A stretch of 64,000 bases of DNA from Octopus vulgaris (taxonomy: Eukaryota): positions 558,001 through 622,000 of the forward strand of contig OX597836.1 of NCBI GenBank assembly GCA_951406725.2, in the 5' to 3' direction. The notes below the pieces were generated by a model, which was not told the origin of the DNA, did no database searches, and worked only from the letters and a program-made list of their open reading frames with translations. How positions within the stretch are numbered: position 1 is the stretch's first letter; every line of letters starts with the position of its first letter. Both the position numbers and the translations under genes were made by a program. Below are positions 14,797 to 26,700 of this stretch, piece by piece.

Positions 14797-16598
14797 ATTG
14801 TTTTGTTCATTTTGTGTATGTTTTTCTATGCTAGGCTGAGTCACGCAAATATATATTATTGAGACATTGTTTTACAACTGGATGCTCTGCCGGTCATAAA
14901 CTCTTACCTGTTTTTCACTTAAGGTACATTTTTTTATTCCACAGGTCCTTTCTAGTGCAGAGGTAGATGATTTGTTGACTGGGAATTAAAACAGACTTCT
15001 CTGTTTCAAGCTCAGCACTTCTTATGTGAAACCCAAAATATTAGCATATGCACCCACACACTTAGAGGCACATACACATATGCATTTACACACATACACC
15101 CATCCACTCATCCATCTGTCCATATATACATATACATATATATACATATATATATGTAGATAATGATCATAATAATCCCTTCTGCTTTAGATGCAACATC
15201 TGAAATTTTATGGGGTGGGGGCTGGTTGATTACATCGACCCCAGTGCTAAACTGGTATTTATGTTATTGTCCCTGAAAGGATGAAAGCAAAGTCAACCTT
15301 TGCAGAATTTAAAGTCAGAATATAATGAACCAGAAGAAATGCTACTCAGCATTTTGTCAATCCATGCTAACTATTCTGCCAGTTTGCCACTTATAATGAT
15401 GATGATGATGATAATAATAATAATAATAATAAGAAGAAGAAAAATATCTATATATATGTATGTATATGTATGTGTGTATGATGGGCTTCGCTAAATTCCT
15501 TCACAAGGCATCGGTCAACCTAGTAGTATAGTACAAGAGACTTGGTAAGCTGTTGCACATTGGGACTGGAGCTGAAACCATGTGGTCGACAAGCAAACTT
15601 TTTAACCACATAACAAATATTTACTTGCTTATTATTTATAGCATTATGTGATGTGTCTCAAGTGCCAATATTCCAGAAAAGATATATATATGTGTGTATG
15701 GGTATGGGTGACTTCTTATTAGAAGTGACCTGAGTGCATGGCATTGACAACAATGAAGTGTGCATCTGTCGCTCTTATGGTTGCTTCTAGAACCGTTTTC
15801 TTTCACTTAGTTTTGAAGTATATTGTACTTTTATCTTAATACATATATAAAGTGATCTTTTCCCAGATGACCGCTGCAGCTTCTGGCCTTTCAGTTATAT
15901 AAATACTTTATGTACGCCATAGATTCTTCTGGGAATTTCTTGTAATTGAGTATGACCAGCTGATAAGTTGGGTTTTTTTTTTTGTTAGATATTATGACAG
16001 TCCATCAAATTTGCTTTGTTCTTTTGTGGGGATTGTAGACCAAAGATAATGGCACAACTTTGATGGCACATATTTACTGAGTACTGGTGAACACTGGACC
16101 TTGTGTGTGTATATATACACACATCCACACTTATACACACCACACACACAAACACATATACCACAGTCTAGCAATGTAGATAGCTCTAGAATAAATTCAG
16201 TTTCAAATAAACTGCAAAATATGAAATATTCCTTAACATGTCAAGCTAACGTACACTTATTTGTATGTATCTATCTGTCTTATCCATCCATGCCATCCAT
16301 GTATATCAGCAGCTACCAATAATCATTGAGTGATTTTCTTTTTTTTGCTGTATTAACTCTAAAACCTCCTCCACATGATGAAATGGTTGCGTAAAATGTT
16401 TTTGTATGTAACCATTTCTTATTATATTAAGTTTTTTCATATTAAGTATTAATTGCATTGTCATTATGAGGAGCACTATTATCATTACAATTACTATTAA
16501 TACTACAACTACTATTATAACAACCATTTTCATCATTTTTGGTATCACTTGCTTTTGTAGTAGGCCTCTTCTTAACACTATCATCACTAATAATAATG

Positions 16599-16678
<80 letters not shown>

Positions 16679-16951
16679 TATAATAATAATAATAACAATA
16701 ATAATAATAATAAAATAATGATGATGATGATCATGATGATGATTTCTTTTATAATGTTATTATTATTATTGTTATTAGTTTTTCTTTTCTTTTTACTTTT
16801 ATGTCTTTTATTATTCGTTTTTGTTTAATCTCTTCATTTGTTGTGTGGGTTTTTTTTTCTTTTTTCATTTTTTTTTTTTCAATCTTTTAAAATTATCCCC
16901 TTCATTCGATGATGGCATATTGAACTAGGATGAGCGCAAAATGTTTCTTAC

Positions 16952-17157
16952 CTACTGAACAAATCTTTTAACTCTTGTTCAGATGAAAATTGTCCTAAGT
17001 TTGCAACAAACAATGTAGAGCATGGAGCATTGGGTTGACTAGGTGTAGTGCTATTGGTTCCCACAGGACTAGTCAAGATTGGTGTGGCAGCAATCTGCGG
17101 ATGAGGCACAGTTGCTTGTACTGTAGATGGGTGTGCTATCATTGATGTGGGATGGAT
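16952..17157 (-). CDS. cpo: Internal coding exon of the cpo/RBPMS-family gene (linker plus start of RRM2)
   Basis: ttgatctttcag|ATC CAT...TTC AGT AG|gtaaga. Encodes IHPTSMIAHP...SQPNAPCSTLFVANLGQFSSEQELKDLFS. PCSTLFVANLG is the cpo/MEC-8 RRM2 RNP2 motif. 206 nt, phase 0 to phase 2. Confidence 0.95.
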
Positions 17158-17324
17158 CTGAAAGATCAAAGAAACAAGATGAAACAACAACAATAGGAAA
17201 AATAACATTGTTGCTATTATAATAATAATAACATCACACAAACATACATCCCAAATAATAGCAAAAAAATCACAAAACACAAATATTATACATATGTACA
17301 TCAATGCACACATACATACATACA

Positions 17325-17542
17325 TTAAAATTGGGGAAGATTGGTTTATGGGATTACTTTAGGTTTCCCATCCATAAAGGGTTTAGCTTTATGGCGTATC
17401 ATCAAATCCCAAAAACCTGTTGGCCCAAGACCATATCTTTAAGAGGTCTTGATTTTGGGATCTGACGATACACCATAGAGCTTAACCCTTTTTGGATGGG
17501 AAACCCAAGGTAATCTCATAAACTGGCTTTCCCCAATTTTAA
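17325..17542. mobile_element. Palindromic MITE (~220 bp, ~90-bp arms)
   Basis: ttaaaattggggaagattggtttatgggattac...cccaaaa pairs with ttttgggatctgacgatacaccatagagc...ccccaattttaa. TTAA at both ends. Confidence 0.8.
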
Positions 17543-17600
17543 ACATATACTGCTCTACTTCTTAGAGTGAGCTTTTTCTTTTGGATGTATGTTTTTTACA

Positions 17601-17638
<38 letters not shown>

Positions 17639-17722
17639 TCATCGTTTAATGTCCGTTTTCCGCGCTAGCACGGGTTGGACAGTATATATATATATATATA
17701 TACATGTATATATATATATATG

Positions 17723-17767
<45 letters not shown>

Positions 17768-18305
17768 GCATACATATATATATACATATATATTATATTA
17801 AATTGTCTCTAATTTAATATAATATAATATTTTACTATAAAATTGGATTCAATCCTAAATCTGATTTTTCCCTGTAAGTTTGGATTTATTCCCTAATATT
17901 TATTATTATATACATATATATATATACATACATATATATATATATATATACATACATATATATATATACACATACATATATATATATACATACATATATA
18001 TACATATATATATACACATACATATATATATATATATACATACATATATATATATACATACATATATATATACATACATATATATATATACATATATATA
18101 TACATACATATATATATACATACATATATATATATATACATACATATATATATACATACATATATATATATATATACATACATATATATATACATACATA
18201 TATACATATATATATACATACATATATATATATATACATACATATATATATACATACATATATATATATATACATACATATATATATACATACATATATA
18301 TATAT

Positions 18306-18359
<54 letters not shown>

Positions 18360-18538
18360 ATATTAGGGAATAAATCCAAATTTACAGGGAAAAATCAGAT
18401 TTAGGATTGAATCCAATTTTATAGTAAAATATTATATAATATTAATTAGAGACAAAACCACTATTTTGCAAATCAAACAAAGAAAGACTTAATCCAATAC
18501 ATAAAAAATTTAATATAAATTAAATAAAATTAAATTCG

Positions 18539-18584
18539 CCACTACAATTGTTTCGTGTCTCTTCTAAGGACATTCATCAGGTGG
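18539..18584 (-). ncRNA. Minimal type I hammerhead ribozyme motif (mirror copy, sense to the cpo pre-mRNA)
   Basis: Exact reverse complement of 18628-18673 within the palindrome. Confidence 0.75.
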
Positions 18585-18627
18585 ATTTCAGATCTTCTAT
18601 TCAATTTTAGAATAGAAGATCTGAAAT

Positions 18628-18673
18628 CCACCTGATGAATGTCCTTAGAAGAGACACGAAACAATTGTAGTGG
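18628..18673 (+). ncRNA. Minimal type I hammerhead ribozyme motif
   Basis: CCAC-CTGATGA-aTGTC(cttagaaga)GACAc-GAAAC-aatt-GTA-GTGG. Stem I CCAC/GTGG, complete catalytic core, palindromic stem III ACAATTGT, GUA cleavage triplet. There is an A.C mismatch at the base of stem II. Confidence 0.75.
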
Positions 18674-18767
18674 CGAATTTAATTTTATTTAATTTATATT
18701 AAATTTTTTTATGTATTGGATTAAGTCTTTCTTTGTTTGATTTGCAAAATAGTGGTTTTGTCTCTAA

Positions 18768-18800
<33 letters not shown>

Positions 18801-19719
18801 CATACATACATATATATATATATTTATAAACATGATGGATACTGACAGATGCAAATTTGTAGTGAGCCAGACTGAGGCTAACAAAATGCAAAAGATGTAT
18901 CAAAATAGGCAAATTGTGGAACTCTGCTGCTTTCTTCAAGAGGGGATTGTGGCCAAAGAATCACTGCCAAATAAACAAATAGTAGTGGCCCTAAAAATCT
19001 ATAACTTCCAAAAGATTATGATACAAATTGAACAGGAAAAAACAGGAGTTTATATGCTTCTATGCTCTTGTCAAGCCACATCTTGACCTCCTAGATCGCA
19101 TTATGAAAGAAACAGTCAATGAAGTGGTCAGTAAGGACGCTGCATGTTCTGCTGAAGCTCAATGAGTTCAAACATGATATTAAGAAGGCAAATACAAGTT
19201 CCCCCTGTCCTAAAAATGGCCCTGAAATCAGCAATGGCTGTATTGAAAACATGCAAAATAGAACTGTAGTAAATAATAGACAAGAAAAGTGATGTTGTCC
19301 TGAAGCCCCAAAATCAAAATAAAAGCGAAAACAGAGATTTACTGAATCAAAAAGTGAAATGAACAAACACAAGCCCAGAACTTCACAGAGTCCAGTTTGT
19401 CTGCAAATTCTACAGAAATGGTCTCCGCTGTTAGAGAAAAGGGAATAAACTGTAACTCTGCTTATCCCAAGCCTTACAATAACAAGCAGAGTAACCACCC
19501 GCAACAAAACCAGCAAGAATGTGGAAGAGGGAAAACCATCAAACATGGACCAGTGGACTCCTACTACACCAACAAGGAAGAAAATATCTCATATGAAAAG
19601 GGTGTGTTTCTGCATAGGATTTACTATGTATGTATATGTGTGTGTGTATATATGCATATACATGTGCATAAGTGTACATATTCTTTTACTTGTTTCAGTC
19701 ATTTTACTGCAACCATGAT

Positions 19720-20070
19720 GAGGCACCACCTTTATTTGAACAAATCAATCCCAGGACTTATTCTTCGTAAGCTTAGTACTTATTTTATTGGTGTCTTTTG
19801 CTGAACCACTAAGATTACGGGAATGTAAACACACCAGCATCGGTTGCCAAGTGATGGTGGGGAGACACAAACACACATATATATGCATATATATATATAT
19901 ATATACGACAGGCTTCTTTCAGTTTTCATCTACCAAATCCACTGACAAGGCTTTGGTTGGCCTGAGGCTATAGTAGAAAACACTTGTCCAAGGTATCATG
20001 CAGTGGGACTGAACCTGAACCATGTGGTTGGGAAGCAAGCTTCTTACAACACAGCCACTCCTCCGCCTAT
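19720..20070 (-). mobile_element. tRNA-derived SINE (representative copy)
   Basis: Minus-strand head agtggctgtgttgtaagaagcttgcttcccaaccacatggttcaggttcagtcccactgca has A/B-box-like motifs. Related copies at ~15475-15610, 28855-29000, 56245-56370, 57500-57620 and 61430-61575. Confidence 0.75.
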
Positions 20071-20119
20071 GTATATTTTTATGTATGTATATTTGTGTAT
20101 ATGTATATATATGTATTTA

Positions 20120-21485
20120 TTCTGGAAGTCTCACAGCCTCATCCAGCCGTCATAATTCGGATTTATTCCTCACTCCAGCTGCTGTAATCAACTCATCGAG
20201 TTTCTTGAGGACGTTACCCAAATCACTGATTGTGGATCCTGGGTGGATGTTGTTTACCTGGACTTTGCTAAGGCTTTTAACTCTGTGCCACACAAAAGAC
20301 TTATGGTGAAGCTTTCTGCGTTGGGTGTAAGAGACGAACTCTATAACTGGTTGAAGTCCTTTATTTTCAGTCGAAAAGAGGTTGTCACAGTTCTAGGACA
20401 GCACTCTTCGCCCTATGAGATGACATCTGGTGTACCACAGGGATCTGCTCTTGGCCCCCTTTTATTTGTTGCATATGTTAATGACATAGATGCCAACTTA
20501 AAGAATGCCACAGTGCTGAAATATGCAGATGACATCAAGCTGTACCTCGAAATAAAGAGGTCAAATCCTGTACACTATAGATCTCTATGGCAAGCAGACC
20601 TGGACACAATGCAGCAGTGGATCATGGACTGGCAACTCAAGCTGGCTGTGGACAAATGTACCACCATGCATTTTGGGAAGAGAAACCCAGCGTCCACCTA
20701 CACCCTCCACAACACTAGTCTCAAAAAGTCTTCATGTGAACGTGACCTGGGTGTTATTGTCGACAGTGATTTGCGTTGGACAAAACACATCGCTAAAATT
20801 GTCAAGAAGGCTGAGGGTGTCTTGGCATCACTCACCAAATCCTTTGTGAGCCGCTCTCCGACTATCTATCTGCGGCTTTACATAGCTATGGTAAGACCTC
20901 ACCTGGAATTTGCATCACCGGTCTTGAACCCCTATCTTGCCCAGGATATCAATCGTCTGGAAGCTGTTCAGCGACGTGCAACCAAAAGAATACCCTCCAT
21001 CAGGCATTTGTCATATCCTGAACGCCTTACTTCCCTGGGTATGGACACATTGAAACTCCGACGTCTGGCAGCTGACTTGGCAGACACCCATAAAATTATC
21101 AACCATCGTACAAACAATAACTCTGAGCACCTTTTCAAACTCCACCCATCTAACACCCGTGGACATATTTACAAAGTCAGAAAACAGCACAGCTCCCATG
21201 ACTTCAGGAAACATTTTCATGCTGAGAGTTGCTGAAGCATGGAACAAACTGCCGGCATCAGTTGTTAGTTGTCGGAGCATTGCATCCTTCAAAACTTCCA
21301 TGCTTCCTGAGATTCGCCAACACTACACCTGATTTTCTCCCCTCCATACACACACAGGCAGGTATCTGACTCATACATTGTTCGCTTTCCAGACATTTCT
21401 ACATTACTGCATGTACTTTATATGCACTTTCTGACAAGTTGTGGTGCACCTGAGCACTGCATACAATAATTTCATTATTATTATA
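20120..21485 (+). mobile_element. 5'-truncated CR1-like LINE with a long open RT frame and intact 3' tail
   Basis: ORF 20243-21235 has YLDFAKAFNSV, SGVPQGSALGPLLF, KYADDIK, ERDLGVIVD and VRPHLEFA. The 3' UTR ends gtgcacctgagcactgcatacaataatttc(att)n. Confidence 0.92.
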
Positions 21486-22699
21486 TTATTTATTCATATG
21501 CACACATTTGTATGCATGTATGTTTATACTGTGCATTTATGTATTTATATGTGTGTATGTAATTTTATTTATATATATATATTTGTGTACATGTGTATAA
21601 ATGTATGTCTCCATGTAGTTCTAAATGTATGTACATGGCTATAAGATTATATGGTTGTGTTAGTGTGATAGCATATTTTTTAGTGCATATGCTTTTGTAG
21701 GTGTACATATGGTTTAAGTTTTACTACAGTCCATTGTGTTAGAAGACATTTTGAGGTGTGGTTAGAAAATGATCAAAATTTAAGGTCCATAAGCTTTTGT
21801 GGTCTTTTGACTTTTTAACTCTATTTAAGAATAAACTATTGTTTGATACTATTTCTTTGTTTAATCTTCATATTTTCAGCTGTCTCTTCTCTGTTTAATT
21901 TACTTATATCATATTTTTATATAGTTTTAAAGCTATTTATTTATTTTTATACCTATTTTAACTACTTTACTTCCTCTTTTTAGCCCTTCCAGCTTTTGTT
22001 TATGGTCAATTCCCTAAACTTCTAATTAGCACCTTAATTAATATGAAAGAACATATCTTTATTTTTACTGAGCAAACCTCAATCTTCTGTGTAGTATATG
22101 ACAATTTTTTTCTGTGCATACTAAGAGTTTAATTATTTGTGCAATCAGGGTGTTCTGGTGATCAGTATAATCAGGGTGTTCTGGTGGTATAGACGTGTCA
22201 TTGAAAGATATTCCTGTCCCTTTGCAGAATGAATACACTAAGCATCAGATCAATAAAATTAACTCTATACAACGAATTTGATGGAAGGCGTACCATTTCG
22301 ACAAGAAGACTAAGTTAACTGATCTGCTTTGTGATGACAAGTTTTTAGGAAAAGAAGCCCTCCTCATAACCACCATCTGTAGGACTTTGGAAAAGATCTA
22401 CTGAACATCATCCATAATATTAAATTCAAGAGGAATATTTTACATAAAAGGTAGAGGACTTTCAACTCTGCAGATTTTGCAGATAGAAATATGGTTTGTT
22501 GAGTTTTCATATTATTGGTTGGTCTTCAGGCATTTAAAAAGAACTGTTAATGCTGCTATGCATAAAAGCTGGCTCTACTCTTATACAGTTTACTGTTTTC
22601 TGCTGAGGAGGCCAAGGTGTATATATTTATTTGATCATTTCTGTTAGAAACAAAGTCCTAATCAGGAAATATATATTATTATATATATTATTATTTATA

Positions 22700-22742
22700 T
22701 ATGGTGCACCTGAGCACTGTATACAATAATTTCATTATTATA
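22700..22742 (+). mobile_element. Extreme 3' tip of the same CR1-like LINE
   Basis: tggtgcacctgagcactgtatacaataatttcattatta is nearly identical to ~21443-21483. Confidence 0.75.
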
Positions 22743-23179
22743 TACAATAAGTACTTGTATGAACCATTTATTTTCCATGTTTCCTCCCATTTAAGCTATT
22801 TATATATACTTAATAGCACCACTGGAAATTCCAGATTTGTTGGACATTTACAGAGAATCATTAAATTCATAATTTCTTTTAGAATTCTTTCTTTACCTGA
22901 AGTGTTTGATTTTTGAGATGGTGCGAAGTCTACAAGAGTGGTACTGAAAATATTCTATCAGGAGAGAATATCTTTGGAAATTATATTCTTTGTTGTACGC
23001 TTCTCACCTCTTCTATGTTGAGAATTATTACTTTTTTACATCAAGAAGTGAGAAGTGGAAGGAGGTACATACAGTTGTCCATGGTAAAATACTGATGCCT
23101 TTCTATTGTAACTATGTTTCTAAAATGATTAAGATATGTGGGAAGGGTACTGCATAAAACAAACATTTTAAACAGACTT

Positions 23180-23930
23180 AACTATAGGACAGAATTGAAT
23201 ACCTAATTCATGACTGCACTTGAACCCAGACTTCCAGTGAACTTCCAGTGAGCTGGGTTACTGAACTGCTGTCACATTTTACTATTGTTTATGTGGTGTA
23301 TACACTGCTCTAAATTAGTAGAGTTAGTGTAGGATACCTTCATGGTATGCCAATTAAAATACCATGACATCTATTAGATTTAAGAAAACATTTGTCTGAA
23401 GTAGTTAAAAATTTTCCAGCAATCTTGGTTGAAACATATGAACCGAAAATTGGGTTGAGCCAGAGGACAGCATGGTTCCTATAGCTGTTGTTTGGCTTAT
23501 TTGATCTAGTGTGGTGTACAGGATTGGAACAGTTTACTGTGTTATGAGTAGTTAGATTATTGTGTTATGTGTGTCTATGAGTTTTGTTGGTAGTTCATTG
23601 CCTTTGACCAATTCGTCTTGGCCTGTATTTTTGATCTGCGTAAGTTCTCATACTGTAATGTTGTGATGGTGTACATTGTGTATTATTATTGGAGGAATTG
23701 ACAGCATTATGTATACCTGTTTCTTGTAGATATTGAATTTTTTCATGGTACCTAGCCCTAGCTAAAGCAGCATGTGATTCGAAAATTTTTTTTATTAGCA
23801 GATAATCTAGAAATTCTTGTAGAAATATTCTTAACTAATCTCCGAATTATCAAGGGTGGATGGTTGGATGCTACATTTATGTAATTAATATGATCATTTG
23901 GCTTATGAAATGGTTCAAATAATCCAGTTT
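23180..23930 (-). mobile_element. Decayed Penelope-like element fragment
   Basis: Minus strand TGLFEPFHKPNDHINYINVASNHPPLIIRRLVKNISTRISRLS and LWLNPIF...TKIAGKF match PLE thumb/linker motifs (SNHPP, WFNPP). Confidence 0.7.
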
Positions 23931-23935
23931 CTATA

Positions 23936-25253
23936 CAGTAGTGGCTAAAATTAGAGAATGAAAATAAAAATTAAAGATATTTACATTTCTACTTCATTTT
24001 TCCGAATGAGATTGTTACTGTATATACTCTAAAGCATGTCCATTATATACAAAATCATAACATTCACAGGTCTCTGATCTTATCGCCAAGTATCTTCCAA
24101 ATTTTTTCTATGGGATTGAGGTCAGAAGCTCTGAACTGGCCAATGCGTCACAGTAATCTTTTTAGCTTCAAACACCTCCTTAACTATTTTAGCACTTTGA
24201 TATGGAGCATTATCTTGCGTAAAGACTGGCTGATGAGTTGGAGATGATCTCATAGCTGGCACAACATGCTGCCATGCTGCACAATGATGTTTTTGCATAT
24301 GGCTGCATTCACATTACCATGGATCCAGATCAAAGGCCCAACACCTACTGCAGAAATCATACCCCACGCAATTTAACCCCACCTCAAAAAACTTCACTGA
24401 TTTCTTCAAGCATAGGGAGCAATCTTTCACTCTTAACACGTCTCACATACTGTATGCCATTAGAGCCAACCAAATTGAATGTACTGTCATCACTGAAGAA
24501 CACACGCAACCAGTTGGTGTCTGTCCAAAGTACATGCTCATTGGCAAAGACTAACCTTGGTTTTCAGTTCTTTATATTGACGACAGGTTTAATGGCGTTG
24601 GGATGCGCATGAATCCGGCTTCCTTCAAACAACAAGCCATAATCTTCTGAGACACAATCATTCCGTAATCATAATTTACTGGGTGAGAAATTCCTGCGGC
24701 AATATTGAAATGGTCTCTTAACATCAGCCTCTGAATCACACAGTCTTACCGAACACTTGTTTCCTGCGGTCTCCCTCGTTTTTCTAATGACACAAATGAG
24801 CTTGTTTCTTCACAGAGTTGGAAGAAACACTCTTTGATCTGTTAATGTCTCTGGTGATAGCCAAAATTGCTATTCCTTCTTTTTGCAATGTGAGCACTCA
24901 CTTCCTGAGGCTTTTATTAACTTTGTGTCAGCTTTCCACGCTTGTTAATTCACTACAGCTCAATATAAATCTTCACAACTTTGTTGGTCAACTGAGTTTA
25001 CATTGGTTGGAGTGCTGCCAGATTTTACTTTTTGAATTTTACGTCACATGTGTTCTAGTTTTGTCCATCTTGTATTTTTCTAATGATCATTTTATCTATT
25101 GTAAATTATTTAGTTATTAATCACTCTCTTACAAAATATATGGTAAATAATATTCTCATTATTTAAAGTATATACAATAAAAATTCCATTCGCAAAAATT
25201 AAGTAGAAATGTAAATATCTTTTTATTTTGTTCTCTAGTTTTGGCCACTGCTC
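23936..25253 (-). mobile_element. Tc1-family DNA transposon fossil with ~100-bp TIRs
   Basis: TA|cagtagtggctaaaattagagaa...tttacatttctac matches the reverse complement of ...gtagaaatgtaaata...ttctctagttttggccactg. Frame-shifted minus-strand motifs VFFSDDS, QDNAP and WP..SDLNPIEKIW (DDE triad). Confidence 0.88.
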
Positions 25254-25301
25254 TCTGTGTGTGTGTGTGTGTGTGTATGTATATATATATATATATATAT
25301 A

Positions 25302-26087
25302 TGAGGAGGTACCCAAAAGTAATTGGAAATGTCTTCTGAGGGGCAAGACTGTTATAGTTCAGGCTTCTGCCGCTAGACCACTTGATGCAACCCTCAGGCA
25401 TCAGCCTGCCCCACCAATTGGCAGTATCACGTGACATTGTTCAGCTACGTGGTGCACCTTTGTTTTGTTGTGCTTCTCCCCTGTTTGTCGATTTTTGTGA
25501 TGGCTGAAGTGAAAGGTCAGTATGCTTCTGTGAAATTCTGTTTTCTGCTGGAGGTAAACAGTAGTCAAAACTGTCATCATGCTTCAAACAGCTTACAAAG
25601 GCACTGCCATGGGTAAAACTCAGGTCTCATGCTTCAGGAATGGTCGCTTGTCGCTTGAAGACCAACCATGTTCAGGGCGACCATCCACTTTCCGAATGAA
25701 TGACAACATCACAAAAAGAACTGGTCTTAAAGAACCATCACTTGTGCCTTGCTTGTTCATGAAAGATCAAAAGCAGTCACAACTGAATGCGTGCCGTGAA
25801 TTGAAAGAACAGTTGGAAGTTGATCCAGATCTCTTTTGAAGGTAATCATTGGTGATGAAAGCTAGTGCTATGGAATTTGAAGATGTGGAAGAGGTGAAGA
25901 AAAATAACAACAGAGGTGTTAAAAGGCATCTCTTCACAAGAGTTCCAGCGCTGCTTTGAATAGTGGCAAATATGCCTGGACTGATGCATTGCTTCAAATG
26001 GAGAATACTTTGAAGGCGATAAAAGTATAAAGATGTAAAACTAAGTGAATACAATAATATTACAAAATTCCAGTTTCTTTTGGGTAA
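25302..26087 (+). mobile_element. Internally deleted mariner element
   Basis: TIR-like ends tacccaaaagtaattggaa / ttccagtttcttttgggta. Coding remnants QYASVKFCFLL, MLQTAYKGTAMGKTQV, LEDQPCSGRP and VIIGDES. Confidence 0.8.
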
Positions 26088-26088
26088 G

Positions 26089-26142
<54 letters not shown>

Positions 26143-26329
26143 CATACACACAAGGTAAGCAGAGTTAGTGTTTATAGTAACCAACTAAGGGATAAAATAC
26201 CCGTATTTACAATCAGTATCAGTTACCTGTGTTACTTCTGGGCATGGGTATGCAGGCACGCTATGCTCATAGGGTAGAGGTAACAATAGAATAAACAAAC
26301 TACAATAATTTAGCTTGAGATTAATACCA

Positions 26330-26700
26330 AAAGTTAGTTCAATACCTTATTTCCTGAACAGCAAGCCAACAGATAGTTTAATATCCTTTATCCTCAATAG
26401 GTAACCAACAGGTAATTCATTATCTTAATCTACTCAATAGGCAATTAACAGTTAGTTCAATATCTTATCTATTTAATAGGCAGCTAACAGGTAGTTCAGT
26501 ATCTCATCTTCTCAATAGGCAGTTAACAGGTCGGTCAATAATTGATCTACTCACAAAATGCCAACAAATATCTCAGTACGTTATTTACTCAATTCTTTAT
26601 TTAATTAGGAGATAGTTTCGTACCTTAGCTATTCAGTATGTAGTTCAATACATTATTTATTACATAATTCAATAGGTTATCTATTCAGCATTACATTTTT
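26330..26700. repeat. Degenerate ~39-40-bp minisatellite
   Basis: Recurrent unit ~caataggcagttaacaggtagttcaatatcttatctact. At least 4 clear copies plus decayed flanks. Confidence 0.75.

Larger units (their letters stand above)
17803..18780. mobile_element. Three alternately oriented terminal-repeat fragments, probably Penelope-like pLTRs, forming nested inverted repeats
   Basis: 17803-17909 is the reverse complement of ~18352-18455. 18433-18602 is the near-perfect reverse complement of 18610-18780 (7-nt loop aatttta). Contains the hammerhead motif typical of PLE pLTRs. Confidence 0.8.

Noticed and set aside
16466-16828. Poly-N/poly-L ORF, and similar ORFs at 6544-6910 and 62553-62871
   Set aside because: They are (AAT)n/(ATT)n/(GAT)n microsatellite translations.
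18830-19620. Possible LINE ORF1 remnant with a Cys-rich motif (VCKFYRNG); similar impression at ~35200-35990
   Set aside because: Too degraded to assign by eye.
20243-21235. Active or domesticated RT gene (330 aa)
   Set aside because: It is 5'-truncated with no endonuclease and is frameshifted near the C-terminus, so it is an ordinary young LINE copy.
26330-26700. CRISPR-like periodic repeat
   Set aside because: The units are contiguous and degenerate, with no unique spacers and no cas genes. The context is a eukaryotic intron, so this is a minisatellite.
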